DNA of 64,000 nt from assembly GCA_030770535.1 (NCBI GenBank), contig JASVEC010000003.1, positions 868,001 through 932,000 of the forward strand, read 5' to 3'. The position numbers and the translations under genes were made by a program. The notes under the pieces are model-generated. The model was given only the letters and a program-made list of their open reading frames with translations, had not been told where the DNA came from and did not search any database. This document shows positions 50,749 to 64,000 of the stretch, one piece after another. The first letter of the stretch is position 1, and the number at the start of each line of letters is the position of its first letter. This DNA comes from Batkoa obscura (lineage: Eukaryota).

Positions 50749-51541
50749 GATTTACCTGACAGTGAAAATGACTCTTTTTTCCTTTATTGGAAAAATTAAC
50801 TGAATTAATTTCAGAGATATAAGTTTCATAAACAACTACACTTAATTGAATATCCCAAAGTATTAATTTAGATTTAATTGTATCTAAATAAAATATTATT
50901 AATAAATAATAAATAATAATAAATAATAAATAATAAATAATAAATAATAAATAATATTTACTTGAATCTTCATCAATATCATAACCTAACATTAATAAGT
51001 GATCTTTGGATAAAAAAGTAATAGGTGGTAATGAGGTAATTAAACCTGAAACAACAGATTTATCTGGTTGAATATTTTGTAATTTTAAATTTAATATATT
51101 TAAATTATTTAATGAAATTGGTAGTTCATTATTATTTACATTATCATTAATTGATAATTGAAAACAATTTAAATTAAAATTATTATCTAAAATAGATAAT
51201 CGACCAGAAGAATAATCAAATGTTATAGATTTACTTAGTGTGCTCTATTATAAAAAAATAAATTAAATTAAAATAAATTAATATATATTTGTAATAAATA
51301 ATATAATATAAAATATAATTACTTTTAAATTCAATTCACTTTGACCAATTAATTTTAAATCAATCTTATTATTAATGTTATTAATACCAATAATATTAAT
51401 ACATTCATTATCATTATGATTAGTTAATAAAAATAAATAACTATTAAATTCCATTGATAAGGAATTAGTTAAAAATTCTGCTTTTTTAATATCACAACTA
51501 TCGGACCATACTATTTTATCTTTAATCCTAAATTAATTGAA

Positions 51542-51572
<31 letters not shown>

Positions 51573-51770
51573 TATTATTATTATTATTACTCTAATTCAA
51601 CAATAACTTTGGATAATAATGAATTATATAATTTAATTTCTCCATCTTTAAATACAACTAAACAACCATCATTAATACCATATTCGTAACCTAAAGGATA
51701 AATGTCTTGGATCGGTTTATCAAACTGTAATTTAATAATAATAAAAATTAATTAATTAATATATAATATA

Positions 51771-51801
<31 letters not shown>

Positions 51802-52488
51802 AACTTAATATTCTTACTTTAATTTCGATTTTTTTAGCATTTTCTTTCCAAATCCATACAATTTGACTTTCATTATTTTTAATTTGATGTTGATTTTTAT
51901 TATTATTTTTAGTATTCATACTAACTTGAGCATAAAGATAATAACCTAAATCTAAGATTTGAAAATCTTTGGTATTAATTAATGAAGATAATTCAGTTTC
52001 TACTCCACTTTCACTACCAACTTCACTAATTCCATTAACTATACTATTTTCTAATAGTTTCTTTTGTTGATTATTATTAGATATTGGCACCTTATTTGCT
52101 TTAATATTTTGTCCATTAATTTTAATTTTAGCTGAACCAATTAAAGATACATTTGTTGGTATAGCCCAAGAATTAATATGTTGTTGTTGGGTTACCTAAA
52201 AACAATTAAAATAAATTAAATTAAAAATAAATTAAATTAAATTAAATTAAATTAAATTATTTGAATATAAATTATTAATAATAATCTACTTACTTCATAA
52301 AGATGAATGCCTTCACCCGGTACCGTAGCTAAAATTAAACTTGGATTTTCTTTAGGCTTTTTATTAAAATAAGTGGGTTCCGAGAATAAAGTGTTAATAA
52401 CATCTTCCTCATTTTGTTTTATATTGGTTTTATTTTCGATTTTATATTGAGCTAATTGAAAACTGGAATCTAATTGTATTAAACTCAT
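48919..52488 (-). CDS. Large multi-exon protein, probably NOL11/Utp8-like SSU processome factor
   Basis: TVPGEGIHLYEVTQQQHINSWAIP N-terminus, beta-rich repeats, helical C-terminus ending YQIEMYRLI; many introns. Gene is clear, family call tentative. Confidence 0.55.
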
Positions 52489-52696
52489 TTTTAATCTAAT
52501 TTAAAAAGATAAAAAAAATTTGAAATTAATATTCAATAAAATGAATAAATTATTTTATTGAATTATTAAATTTGGGCCTATTTCAATAGAGGTTTCTATT
52601 TTTGGAAAGTAACTCGATAAAATCCAAAAATTATGGGATTTTAGAGTCTATTAATAGCTTAAATTAATGAAAATTAAAATCTTGATTTCATTTTCA

Positions 52697-54198
52697 ATGT
52701 CACCTTATGAAGAAAAATTTAAAAGGAATTTAATAATGGAAGAAAACCAAGAAGTTATTAATTATGAGATGAATCAAAATACCACTTACAAACATTTTCA
52801 AAATAATCAAAGTATTAAAAAGACTATGTTACAACCAAAGTTATCTTATCCAAAGTTAATAAAACAAATAAATTATTTAAAAGAATTTAATATTCTTCCA
52901 GAATTTTTAAACGATATTAAATTATTGAAACAAAGAGTAATGATTTCATTTTAACTTATATTATTATTATAATTAAATAATATATAAAAATATAGATATT
53001 ATTAGAACCAAAGAAAATTAATATATTTGATTTTGATCAAACTTTATTTCGTTCACCATTACCTAATATTAAATTATGGGATACTGAAATGAGAGGTTAT
53101 TTAATTAATGAAGAATTTGGTTGGTTTCAAAATAAAGATACTTTATCAATAGAAAATATGATACCTTTAAATCATTGGTTTATTGAATCAACAGTAGGTA
53201 ATATTTGTTTTAATTTTATTTTATTTTTTATTTTTTATTTTTTATTTTTTATTTTATTAATAAATTAATTTTAAATAGAAAAAGTAAAAGCTTCATTAAA
53301 GGATCCTTATACATTAACTATTTTATTAACAGGAAGAAATCGAGGAATATTTTTAGACATTATTCAAACTATTGTTAAAGAAGTTAATTTGGATTTTGAT
53401 TTAGTAATACTTAAAGAAACATTATATAATAATATTATTAAAAAAAAAGTATCAACAATGGAATTCAAAAAATTATTTATTAATGAATTAATTAATACAT
53501 TTCCATCTGTTAACACATTAATTATGTATGATGATCGAATCAAACACATAACTGAATTTGAAGTCTTTTTAAAACAAATTGAACAAAGTTATCAAAATAT
53601 ACAATCCACAACAATTCATTTAGTACAATCCAATTTAAAACATTTAGATATCAATTATGAACAACAATTAGTACAAAATATATTAAACAGAATTAATTCT
53701 AATCCTATATTATTTCGAAAAAAAAAGAATTTCTATCCAAAAAGAATTGAATTAACACAAAGAATACAATATTTAGCTATAACTTTTGATGATTCAATAT
53801 CAAAACAAATTTATACAACATTTTTAAAACATTTATTTATTAATAAGGAATGGTTAATTAGTGGAGATCATATAACTATATGTTTAGGTTATACTTCAGA
53901 ATATAAATTAAATTTAATGAATTTAAAATTAAATCAAGAAATTCAAATTGAAATTATCGGTTATCGATTATTTCGACAATCTATGATAGCATTAAAAGTA
54001 GATACTCAACCTAAAATTCAACTAAAAAACAATCGTCCATTACATATTACTTTATGTTACGATCCAAATAAAATTAAACCTAAAGATGCAGGAGACATTC
54101 GTAATTGGGCTCATTGTAAAAATAATAAAATATTAAATTTAAAGTTTATTGGTAAGATACAACATGTGTATAAGAATGCATTAACATTTATTTATTAA
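52697..54198 (+). CDS. HAD-family phosphatase (Swiss-Army-Knife RNA-repair type) fused to a 2H phosphoesterase
   Basis: IFDFDQTLFRSPLPN, LLTGR, STMEFK, MYDDRIKH; C-terminal DHITIC and LHITLC; two introns; start codon uncertain (52667/52697/52736). Confidence 0.8.
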
Positions 54199-54870
54199 TA
54201 ATATGAATGAGTTGAGAAATAAACAGTAGATATAGTCAATTATGATTAAATTTGGTATATGATAATATTATTTAAATAAATAAAAGAGTTTTATTAATAA
54301 AATAACTTTTAATTGGTTGAATGTTAATTTCATAGATCTTGATTATTATTGAAATACTATTATATATTTAAAATATTCTACATTATTTATTTAATTCTTA
54401 TAAAATATATTAATAAATTAATATATTTTAAACTTGATTAAAATAATTTTGACAATGTTTAGTATCCCAATAATTAATATAATCAACTTTAATAACTTTA
54501 ATAACTTTAATAACCCTATTAATATTACATTAACAAAAGTAGTTAAAATTATATTATCATTGAAACAAACAAAAATAGATAAACAATTTTGACTATTTTT
54601 CTAACTTAATAATATTCTATTTTAATTTTATATTTTTTATCAAAGTAAGTAACATTGTATTTATAAAGATTGTAATTAAAAGAATATTGAAAAATTAAAT
54701 CCTTTTTTTAAATGGATTGAATTTAATGAGAAACTATAATCTTAATAATTTTTTATATGCTTTTATAATTGTTTTTTTATTAAAAGTGATAATATATTTT
54801 TATATATATAATGATGGATTTCATAATATACCAAGTTTGTTTATATTATATAACAATTTATATTAATATT

Positions 54871-54971
54871 TAGGGGTGTGTTTTTTTGTTTAAGAATTTT
54901 ACTAACAATCTTTCCGCTCAAATAGCCCTTAAAAAATGGGAAAAGTGGTAAAACCAAAAAAAACATCCCCA
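54871..54971 (-). mobile_element. MITE family A
   Basis: Family core in reverse orientation. Confidence 0.8.
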
Positions 54972-55225
54972 TATATGTTTGATTATATTTATAATCCTAT
55001 GCCACTCTAAATATTACACATGATTTATACTAATAAAGTTGAAACTATAATGATCACATAAAACTTTTAAAATAAAGCTAAGACGTATATTTGTTTAAAT
55101 ACAGTAATTTTATACAATTCTTGGTTATTTAAAATACAATTTAAACCTCAATAATATAATAGTATTAACAAATTATACGCTATTTATTTAATTATTATAA
55201 ACCCTATAAACAAACTCTTATTTCT

Positions 55226-55621
55226 TTAAGCTTGAGTAAAGCTCCCACGGCAGAATTTACCGTCTCCACGACTAATACAAGTAAATTTAAAGCTATCTTT
55301 TTGATAAACTTCACTATTATTAGAAGTTTGAATGGTAGCACCATCGGTACTACAATCAGCGATAGAAGCAGATAAAGTATTATCATTAGAATGAACTAAA
55401 CCATTTGAACAAGATTGACCTTTTGCTGAGTTTTTAGCATCACATTTCAATTCAATTTGTTGATCAAGGTAAGTAGCGGTACAATAACAAGATAAACTTA
55501 CACCTTGATTGATATCATGGTTAATAACAGATTCGGTGGATTGACAAAAATAATTCCATTTTTGAGCAAAAGTAGTGGAGATGAAGATAGTGGTTAAAAG
55601 AGTGCTGAAAATTTTAGTCAT
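55226..55621 (-). CDS. Small secreted 8-Cys protein
   Basis: Signal peptide ending TTFA; 8 Cys; clear paralog at 60349. Confidence 0.8.
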   Translation of the reverse strand: MTKIFSTLLTTIFISTTFAQKWNYFCQSTESVINHDINQGVSLSCYCTATYLDQQIELKCDAKNSAKGQSCSNGLVHSNDNTLSASIADCSTDGATIQTSNNSEVYQKDSFKFTCISRGDGKFCRGSFTQA

Positions 55622-56873
55622 TTTTGAATATTTGAATTGGACAATAAGATCCTAAGTTTTGATGCTTCTTTATATACTTTCATAGAGATATTTTAATAAT
55701 TGTAAAATGGATCTAATTTTTAAAAGTACTAATGTATTTTTAGATTCAAGTTAATTTTGTGATAAAAATAAACTTTTAATTCCATTAGTTTAATCGTTAT
55801 AGTTTCTATATAAATGTTAAACACTTTAAAAAATAGTCATTATGATATATAAGAACTATTATTATTATATGTATTATGTTGTCTACTATTTATAAATAAA
55901 AAGAATCTAAATATAATTATTTACTAGTTGATCTCCTTTATTTTGAGCGTTTTTTTGAACTTTGAGTAAAATCTAATCTAACTTTAGGCTAAAAATAAAT
56001 TTCAATTATTAAGAAATTGAAGATAAGTTAAATGAACTTTGTAAATATGGAAATATCATCTTTTTAAAATTATTGTAATAATAAAATGGAACATAATGAT
56101 TTAACCCTACTTTATATTATAATCGATCAAGTTGACAGGTTTTTAATATTTCAAGTTAGCTACAAGTGTCATTCAAATAAAGCCTGGCTTTATCACATAA
56201 TTAGTTGCAAGTAATTTAATATCAAGCACGAAATAGTATTATTGTGATTTAATATAGATCTGATGATCTTGCTGTAAAAATCAATGTATAATAATAACTT
56301 ATCATTATTATTAATCAAATAATAATAATCATCATTAGCTTTAAATAGAAGCTTAATAAACTTTAAAATTACTCCGAAATCTTCAGTAAATCTGATAGTT
56401 TAAATTATTAAATATTCCTATGAGCTTGTTTATTTTTATCAATCAAAAGATCAATAGATGTTGTTAGTTGTAACAGTAAATCTTTCTTTTATTTAAAAGC
56501 AAAAATAGTTCAGTATCAAGTAGAATTCATTCTGATACTACATCCACCTACTACTTTGAGTTGATTTAAAAAAGTAAAGTAACTTATAGGAATACTTAAT
56601 AAGTTTTCAAAACAAGCACAAAGTTCATTGAAGCTGTATTGCTACCTCAAGAACATCGATATTCTTTGGTAGCGGAATAGGTATTAGAGAAGCAGCTATA
56701 ACTACATGGTAGGTAAGGGTTTGCATCAGTTTTTAAACAAATATAACTAAAAGAAATATAAGTGTTAACATACAAAAATCAACGCAAAAGTTTATTTCAT
56801 GTCTATAATGTGTTACGTTTTTTATTGGTATCGTTATGAAATATCAAACTATTAATAATTTAATAAAAATATA

Positions 56874-56973
56874 TGAGGATGTTTTTTGGCTTCATTATTT
56901 TTTTTTCATTTTTTAGCTCTACTTGAGCGGAAAAGTTGTTAGTAAATTTCTTAAATAAAAAAATACATCCCTA
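56874..56973 (+). mobile_element. MITE family A
   Basis: Family core. Confidence 0.75.
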
Positions 56974-57147
56974 TATATTTAAATAATTTGAAAATTAATT
57001 TATTTTTAATTAAAAAATTACTAATTTTTAGATTTTTATTAAATATATGCTAATATAAATTAACTTTATTATGTCATATTTCCTAGAAATAAACACTATT
57101 AAAAAGCCAACTTAAAAGGATACCAGATTCAGTATTATAACCAACAA

Positions 57148-57322
<175 letters not shown>

Positions 57323-58697
57323 TAAACAGTTTGAAAAGTGGAATTTTTTTAAAACTATTCAAACACCTTTATTTTTTTATAAAGTTTTTAATTTTATATT
57401 TTAATTCAAGTTGTTTGTTAAAGCAAGTGGCAGTATAACAACAAGATAAATTTATGTTTTGATCATATTATAACTAATTATTGATTTAATAACTTGACAA
57501 AAATAGTAAAAATAAAAACAAAAGCTAAAAACACATTAAAAAATTGATTCATTAATATATAATTAGCATTAAAAGCCTTTTATTTAAGTTATCATTTGTT
57601 TTTAGATTTTAACTATTATTAATTTTGACTATTATTAATTTTAGGTTTAATATTATGTTATAAAAGATTTATTTATATTGAATAAAAAATTAAATAGTTC
57701 TATATACCATTTTATTAAAATTTATCATTTATTTCTAAGTAATTAATAATTTGAATGCATCTATCAATCAATAGTCAATATTCGCTTTAAGCTTTTTAGC
57801 TTTAAATAAGGTTTAGTCATATTTTAATAAAAACGCAGTTTGTAAATTGACTCTTTTTTTGTAAATTTTCTATAATAATTTCAATTGACAAGTTTTTATA
57901 CTATCGAATTTAGTAGTGATGAATAGTTTACCACTGGGTTAAAATAGTTGGTTGATTCCAATTAATAAAAACTACTCTGACCTTAACCCTATACATTAAC
58001 ATATACGACCTATTTTATTGAATAATTTTCTCTTAATCATTTCAACCCACTGATAAACCGCTTACTGCCAATTTAGTTTGTAAAAAATCAAAAGTTCTTA
58101 AATATTCTTTTATTTAAAGCTGCATAGCTAGCATTTTTTATTTTAGTATATTTCTTATAAATAGTTTTGATATTATAAATACAAGGACACTAGTAACAAC
58201 AATAATCAAATTGGTAACACACCAAGTTATATTTATCTATAAATAACCTTCTTTTTAATATTATAAATTTAAATGCAAGTTGGCTGGTTTTTCAAACAGC
58301 AAATTATTAAAAAAATACCTAAACAAATAACAGTTGTGAAAATTTTGCAATAACTGCACAATTGAGTTTCAACAGCTGTAATTCATTAATATAAGGATTC
58401 ATTTTTATAATATTTGATAAAGTTGATTGGAAGATTTTTATGGCAAGTTCAACTATTAACCGTTAATAATTTAACCAAAAAATATAATAATACAATAGTG
58501 CCTTAATAATATACAATTATTTTATTATAAAAATCAATCAATAATTATTATTTTTCATTATTAACAATATCAATTATCAAAGACTATAAATAGAAGTTTA
58601 ATAAGCTTTAAAATTCCTCTAAAATCTCTAATAAATTAGATATTTTGTAAAAGTAATTATCTGAAATAGAAATAAGGGCTATTGGAACAGGTTCATA

Positions 58698-58795
58698 TGG
58701 GGATGTATTTTTGTTTAAGAATTTTATTAACAATCTTTCTACTCAAATATCGCTTAAAAAATGGAAAAAATAATGAAACCAAAAAAACATCACTA
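58698..58795 (-). mobile_element. MITE family A
   Basis: Family core in reverse orientation. Confidence 0.8.
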
Positions 58796-60060
58796 TATCG
58801 TTTTGATATTTTGTTATAACTACTTTTTGAAAATTGGTAGATCGACGAAGGCCATAACTGAGTTAATTATGCTATTGATTATAGAATTGTATAAGAGAAA
58901 GAGTGATAAAAGAGTTGAATTGGGAATAAAATACTGTGGTAGCATTGAAATACTCTGGGAGGTAAGTTGAAGCCTTGGAGTTTTGAAGATTCAAGTGAGT
59001 GGATAAGCCTAGCTAGAGTAAAAAATATTCATCTTTTAGGATGTTTTATTGGTATTAAGTGATGGAGGATTTAAAAGCGTTTCTTGATATTGCATCTAGC
59101 TCATCTATAATTGCTAATGTCTTTAAAAGATTTAAAATCTCTTTTCATATGTGTTTCAAGGAAAAGAGTTGTTTGGGGACAAGGGGAACCAACAATTAGT
59201 AATAATATAAGTAATTGCAAATAGCTTGAAATAATGATACTTACCTATCCATGAAACGACTAGACTCTAACTCCAAAGGAGTTGATTCTTTTACCAAATA
59301 GCACCCGAACTTCTTTGCTCCCATTATTTGTAACTTAATAAAAACACTTTCCTTTTCAAGTCCAAGGTTTAAAAAAAACAATATATGCAATTAAGTTCAA
59401 TATGTCAAACAATAAAATAGACTTATCAGAAGGCCTATTTGTGTCCACTTAATGTTGAAGCAAATTTAGAACGCTTGATTACCAAAATTAAATTTGACCC
59501 TTTGACAAATTTATTTTATTACCTGACCGAGTCAACTTAGTTACCCATATTGTTATTATGCAAAAGTAAAACTAATTTGAACAATGGTGAAAAATTAATG
59601 TGATTTTATGATTGAATTAGTTTTTTTTGCTTTTAAATAAAAAAGTTTAGAAAAACAAACGGTTAAACTATTGCTATTGCTTTCAACTTTAGATATTTTT
59701 CTCAAAATTTAATTCAAAGTATTTTATTTTATCAGAAACATATTGGAAAAAGGTTTATTTTGAAAGAAATGTTCTGTTTTTGATGTGCAGTAAAGCTTGA
59801 AGCATTAGCGAATTATTACAAACTACAGTATTTTTAACCCATCACGGTTAGTAGTAGTAGGTTAAAAATATCGTAATAACATTTTGCATAGTTACAGCTA
59901 CTGCTACTTTGTTGCGGCCTAGATACCTGTCCATTCAAAGATAGAATTTTGCTAAAATCGAGTTAAAATCTAAATCAGACTTTGAAAAAAACCAAACAAA
60001 AAAAACAATAGCTCCAAAAATTACCTCAAATTAGGTCACAATGGAATTTCAGCAGCTATA

Positions 60061-60157
60061 TAGGGATGTATTTTTTTGTAAGAATTTCACTAACAATCTT
60101 TCCGCTGAAATAGCGCTTAAAAAATGGAAAAAATAATGAAGCCAAAAAAAAACCCCA
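60061..60157 (-). mobile_element. MITE family A
   Basis: Family core in reverse orientation. Confidence 0.8.
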
Positions 60158-60348
60158 TATAAAGCTTCTTAATAATTTGGGAACTTTCCCGCTGTTTTGA
60201 GCTTTATTGTACACTCAAATAAGCTATAATTTTAATTTATAATTTTGTCAACTAGTAAAACACTTAAATTCTGAATTAAACATCACTTTTTATAATAAAA
60301 TATAGTTTATTTAATCACTGTCCAACCTATAAGTATACTCTAATCTAT

Positions 60349-60741
60349 TTAAGCTTGGGTAAAGGTACCACGGCAAGATTGACCATCCGAACGACTACTG
60401 CAGTTCAACTTGAAGGTATCCTCCTTATAATCTTCTCCTTTTTTGTTGGTTTCAATGGTAGCACCTCCAATACCACAACCAATAATAGCAGCACTGACGG
60501 ATTTATCATTTGAGTGAACTGGGCTACCAGAGCAAATTCCTCCTTTTGGAGTAGTTGCATCATCACATTTCATTTCGATTTTTTTGTCTTGGTAAGTGGC
60601 AGTACATTTACAAGATATGATGGCGTTCTCAGCGTTGTTTTTAATCATTGTTTCAGTCATTTCACATGAGTAGTTCCACTTTTGAGCAAAAGTGGTAGCG
60701 ATGAAAGCAGCAGCTAAGATGATATTGAAAATTTTGGTCAT
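60349..60741 (-). CDS. Small secreted 8-Cys protein (paralog of 55226)
   Basis: Shared MTKIF, AQKWNY.C, C.CTATY, VHSND, GATI, CRG.FTQA*; all 8 Cys conserved. Confidence 0.8.
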   Translation of the reverse strand: MTKIFNIILAAAFIATTFAQKWNYSCEMTETMIKNNAENAIISCKCTATYQDKKIEMKCDDATTPKGGICSGSPVHSNDKSVSAAIIGCGIGGATIETNKKGEDYKEDTFKLNCSSRSDGQSCRGTFTQA

Positions 60742-61806
60742 TTTTATTTATAATTTGAATTTAACCAGGATTTATTAAAAGTTATCGTCCTTTATATACT
60801 TTTTGAGAATATCATTTTGTTAAAGGATAGCTTACTTGTTTCTAAATTGATAGGTCCTTTTTAGATTTGAATTAATTGTATATTAATTTAACTCGAGTCC
60901 CTCTCTTTTAGTTGTTTGGAAACTGTGACCATTTGATAAGTAAGCTAGGATTGATACTATCCATACCCAGGTCGTTTCAATTACATAAGAACCTAGATCA
61001 TTATATATAATATCAATTTACCATTTATAAATAGTTAATACTATAAAGTATTACCAACCAACTATCACCATTTAAGCATTTTTTCAACTTTGGATAAAAC
61101 TTAAACGTTACTAAAGCAAAAAGAGTTTATGTAATTAAGAAATAAAGAATAAGTTTAGTAATTCATTAAATTTAAGAATTTCATTTCCTTCTAAGTTATT
61201 ATCTAAATTATATATGTTTTAGTCATAAAAAGTAGTATATCTAGATAATTTTTTCCAATAAATTAATAAAAACTATCTTATGTGCCAAACTTAACAATTA
61301 TCATCACTCAATAAGAGTATATTTTTATTAAGCTAATAGTTGTAAGAGCATTTAATAGGTAAATAAACAATAATAAAATTATTTAATTTAGCCTTTATCT
61401 GATAATTTTAATCACAAATACGCAATAAATAATAACTCTTGATTAATGACCATCATTGTTAAAAAACCTGAAATTTACATAAAAATTTATGCAAATATTC
61501 TTTAATTTAATTTCTAAAAGTTACTCAATAAATATATTTATTATAAAGAACCAGAATTAGAATAATAGCCTAGTAACTAATATTTTGATGTTTTAATTGA
61601 CCGCTTTTTCTAAAACAACACCTTTCTAGCTTTTTAATAGTATGAAGGCATTATTTTTTTCTACATCAATAGACTAATCAAAGCCCAAGGTTCAACTTTT
61701 TATAGTATTGCTTTATTGCAAAAAGGAGAGTTGGGCAAATGTAAGGAATAAAAGGCATCTTTTTTTGAAGAAATTCGCTAAATTTTAAAAAATGCATTTA
61801 CTTTTA

Positions 61807-61980
61807 TAGGGATATTTCATAACTTAATTTTTTTGATGAATAGTGGCAATGGTATAGAATTGCAGCGCTTAAATTCTCTAGGTTAAAATAAACTTCGTTC
61901 TTAGTTACAAAGAATATTTACTGTTGCAACCACTAACATTTTTAAGGCTAAAAAAAGAAGCTGTTTATGAAATATCCTTA
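61807..61980. mobile_element. TA-flanked MITE-like element with ends resembling family A
   Basis: ta|tagggatatttcataa ... ttatgaaatatcctta|ta. Confidence 0.6.
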
Positions 61981-62904
61981 TAAAAGAAAAACCAATGAAT
62001 ATAATACATCCCCTAACTGTTCCTAGCTTTTAATTAGCCTTGAAAGTTGTAATCTTAAACCTAAATCAAAATTGAAAAAAAATTGAATTTCAATATGGCT
62101 TTTGAATGCATCCAAATAGACATACCAATTTTTAAATAAATGTTTTAAAATTATAAAAGTATTTTTTTTTGGTCGTTATACAAATGAATAATTTGCACAT
62201 TTAGCAATTTAATATACAAATAAATAAATTAGTGTCTACTTTATTAGCATAACAGGTCATTTGAACATCATTTAGTTACATCATTCGTTTTTTAAAGAAT
62301 TTTTTATAATGAATTAATATACAGGTTGGTTACATTTGTAGGTAACATTTTTAAAGTTATAAATGAAAATAAAACATGGTTAAATAAAACTAATTCAAAA
62401 ATGTTCAAGTTTGTTTATATATATATTATAGTTTATTTCAAGCTAAAATATAATAAATCATTAAAGTCATTAACATTGAAACAATAGGGCATAAAAAATT
62501 AGCTTCTTAGCTTTTAAGTAAAAAATCAAAATTACAGTATAATTTAAAAGCTTTATAATTTTAAAGTTCATTTGTGCAAAAAACAATTGTCTATTTTAAA
62601 ATAACATTTAAATATTATGCTATAATTGACATATATTAATTGTTAATTATAGAAATAAATGCTAGATACTTCAGAAATAAGTTTTAGCAGATGTGTTATT
62701 AATTATTTCACTATAATAATTCTAAATAAAAAATACAATATAATAATTTTATGAAAAAATAATTTTTTTATATTTAATTTTTTATATTTAACTTGATAAC
62801 TAAAACAATGCTTAAACTTTAAATTTTTTACTAATAAAACTTTACTAGTAAAAAAATGCTATTTTAAAAATAGTACTAACTTTATAATAAAAAGAACTAA
62901 CATA

Positions 62905-63004
62905 TAGGGATATATTTTGTGTTTAAGGATTTTACTAACAATTTCTCCGTTTAAATAGTACCTAAAAAATACAAAAAGTAATGAAGCTAAAAAAACCACC
63001 CTTA
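62905..63004 (-). mobile_element. MITE family A (diverged)
   Basis: Family core in reverse orientation. Confidence 0.72.
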
Positions 63005-63695
63005 TACAAATTTATTTATTTTTTGATATTTTTATAATTCAATGTTTAATTTTATTTTTAATGTTTTTAGTATATTAAAGCTGTAGCAAAAAAAATTCTA
63101 CAAACTAAAGCAATGAAATTTTATAATTTAAACTAAAAAAATAAATGTTTAAATTGTTTAATATAAATCAAAATAGTTATAATAAAAATTATTATGATTT
63201 ATATGTTTTATTTGTTTTTGCTTTTGATTATTATAAAAAAAATTAGATGGCTTTAATTAAAAAAACGTATAATTTTTTTACATAAATTTTATGTTTGGAT
63301 ATATGAAAATTGCTTACAAAGCTTTAAAATAATTAAATAATTTTCAAAATATAATAACTAAAATTTTATATAATAATATTAATATAATAAAAAATAAGAT
63401 TAAAACCATTTTTGAATTTTTTTTATAAGTTTAATTTTTTTTTCAATATGAATTTTTTTATTTAAATATATATATATTAAAAACTTAATTACTTGCAAAA
63501 AAAATTTAATTTTTTTTTTAACATGTAATGCTAAAATCAATTTAAAAAAATACATTAGTTGTTATATAAAATTTATAAAAGCTTTATTATATAAAAAAAA
63601 AATGCAACATTAAAAATTAAAATTAAAATATTTATTTTATATTATAAAACAAGCTAATAAAAAATCTAAAACTATTTATATATAGAAAAAACAGA

Positions 63696-63796
63696 TAGGG
63701 GTGCTTTTTTTACCTTTATCACTTTTTCCATCTTTTAAGCGTTATTTGAGCGGAAAATTTATTAGTAAAATCCTTAAACACAAAAATATATCCCCA
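63696..63796 (+). mobile_element. MITE family A
   Basis: Family core; a further probable partial copy begins at 63948. Confidence 0.75.
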
Positions 63797-64000
63797 GATA
63801 TAGTTTTTAAATGTATTTTTTATTTTATCTAACTATAGCTTTTTTTATATTAAAGAAACTTCCAATTTGTTTAAATGTTTTTTTTGCTATAGCTGCAATA
63901 TATTAAAGAATTATATTTTAAAAAAAAAATTATTTTTTAATATCATATGGAGGTGTTCAAATTAGCTTCATTTTTTATCCAATTTTTAAATATTTTAAAA

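Overview
Very AT-rich eukaryotic nuclear DNA with short GT-AG introns. Gene content (chitin-binding modules, Crh-type GH16, Pho4/NUC-1-like bHLH, MrpL20) indicates a fungus, probably an early-diverging one (lineage is inference). No rRNA, tRNA or CRISPR was seen. Two compact, intron-rich housekeeping blocks sit at about 17-24 kb (PPIE, esterase, phosducin-like, YAR1-like, UBC8) and 41-54 kb (ZCCHC9-like, mL58, PMS1, GPI19, NOL11/Utp8-like, HAD+2H RNA-repair-like). They alternate with mostly intronless, repeat-rich accessory regions. Main observations there: (1) a LITAF-domain array of 4 intact and 3 decayed copies, with CPFE in place of the first CxxC and a shared E-box promoter motif; (2) a duplicated MAPEG + KDM3-like JmjC pair with reciprocal pseudogenisation; (3) three secreted proteins sharing an 8-Cys scaffold ending C-x24-C-x8-C; (4) a ~100-bp MITE family with 16 full copies plus several other TA-flanked TIR elements; (5) two solo LTRs with 4-bp target-site duplications, one inside a MITE. 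Exon boundaries and repeat ends were read by eye and may be off by a few bases.
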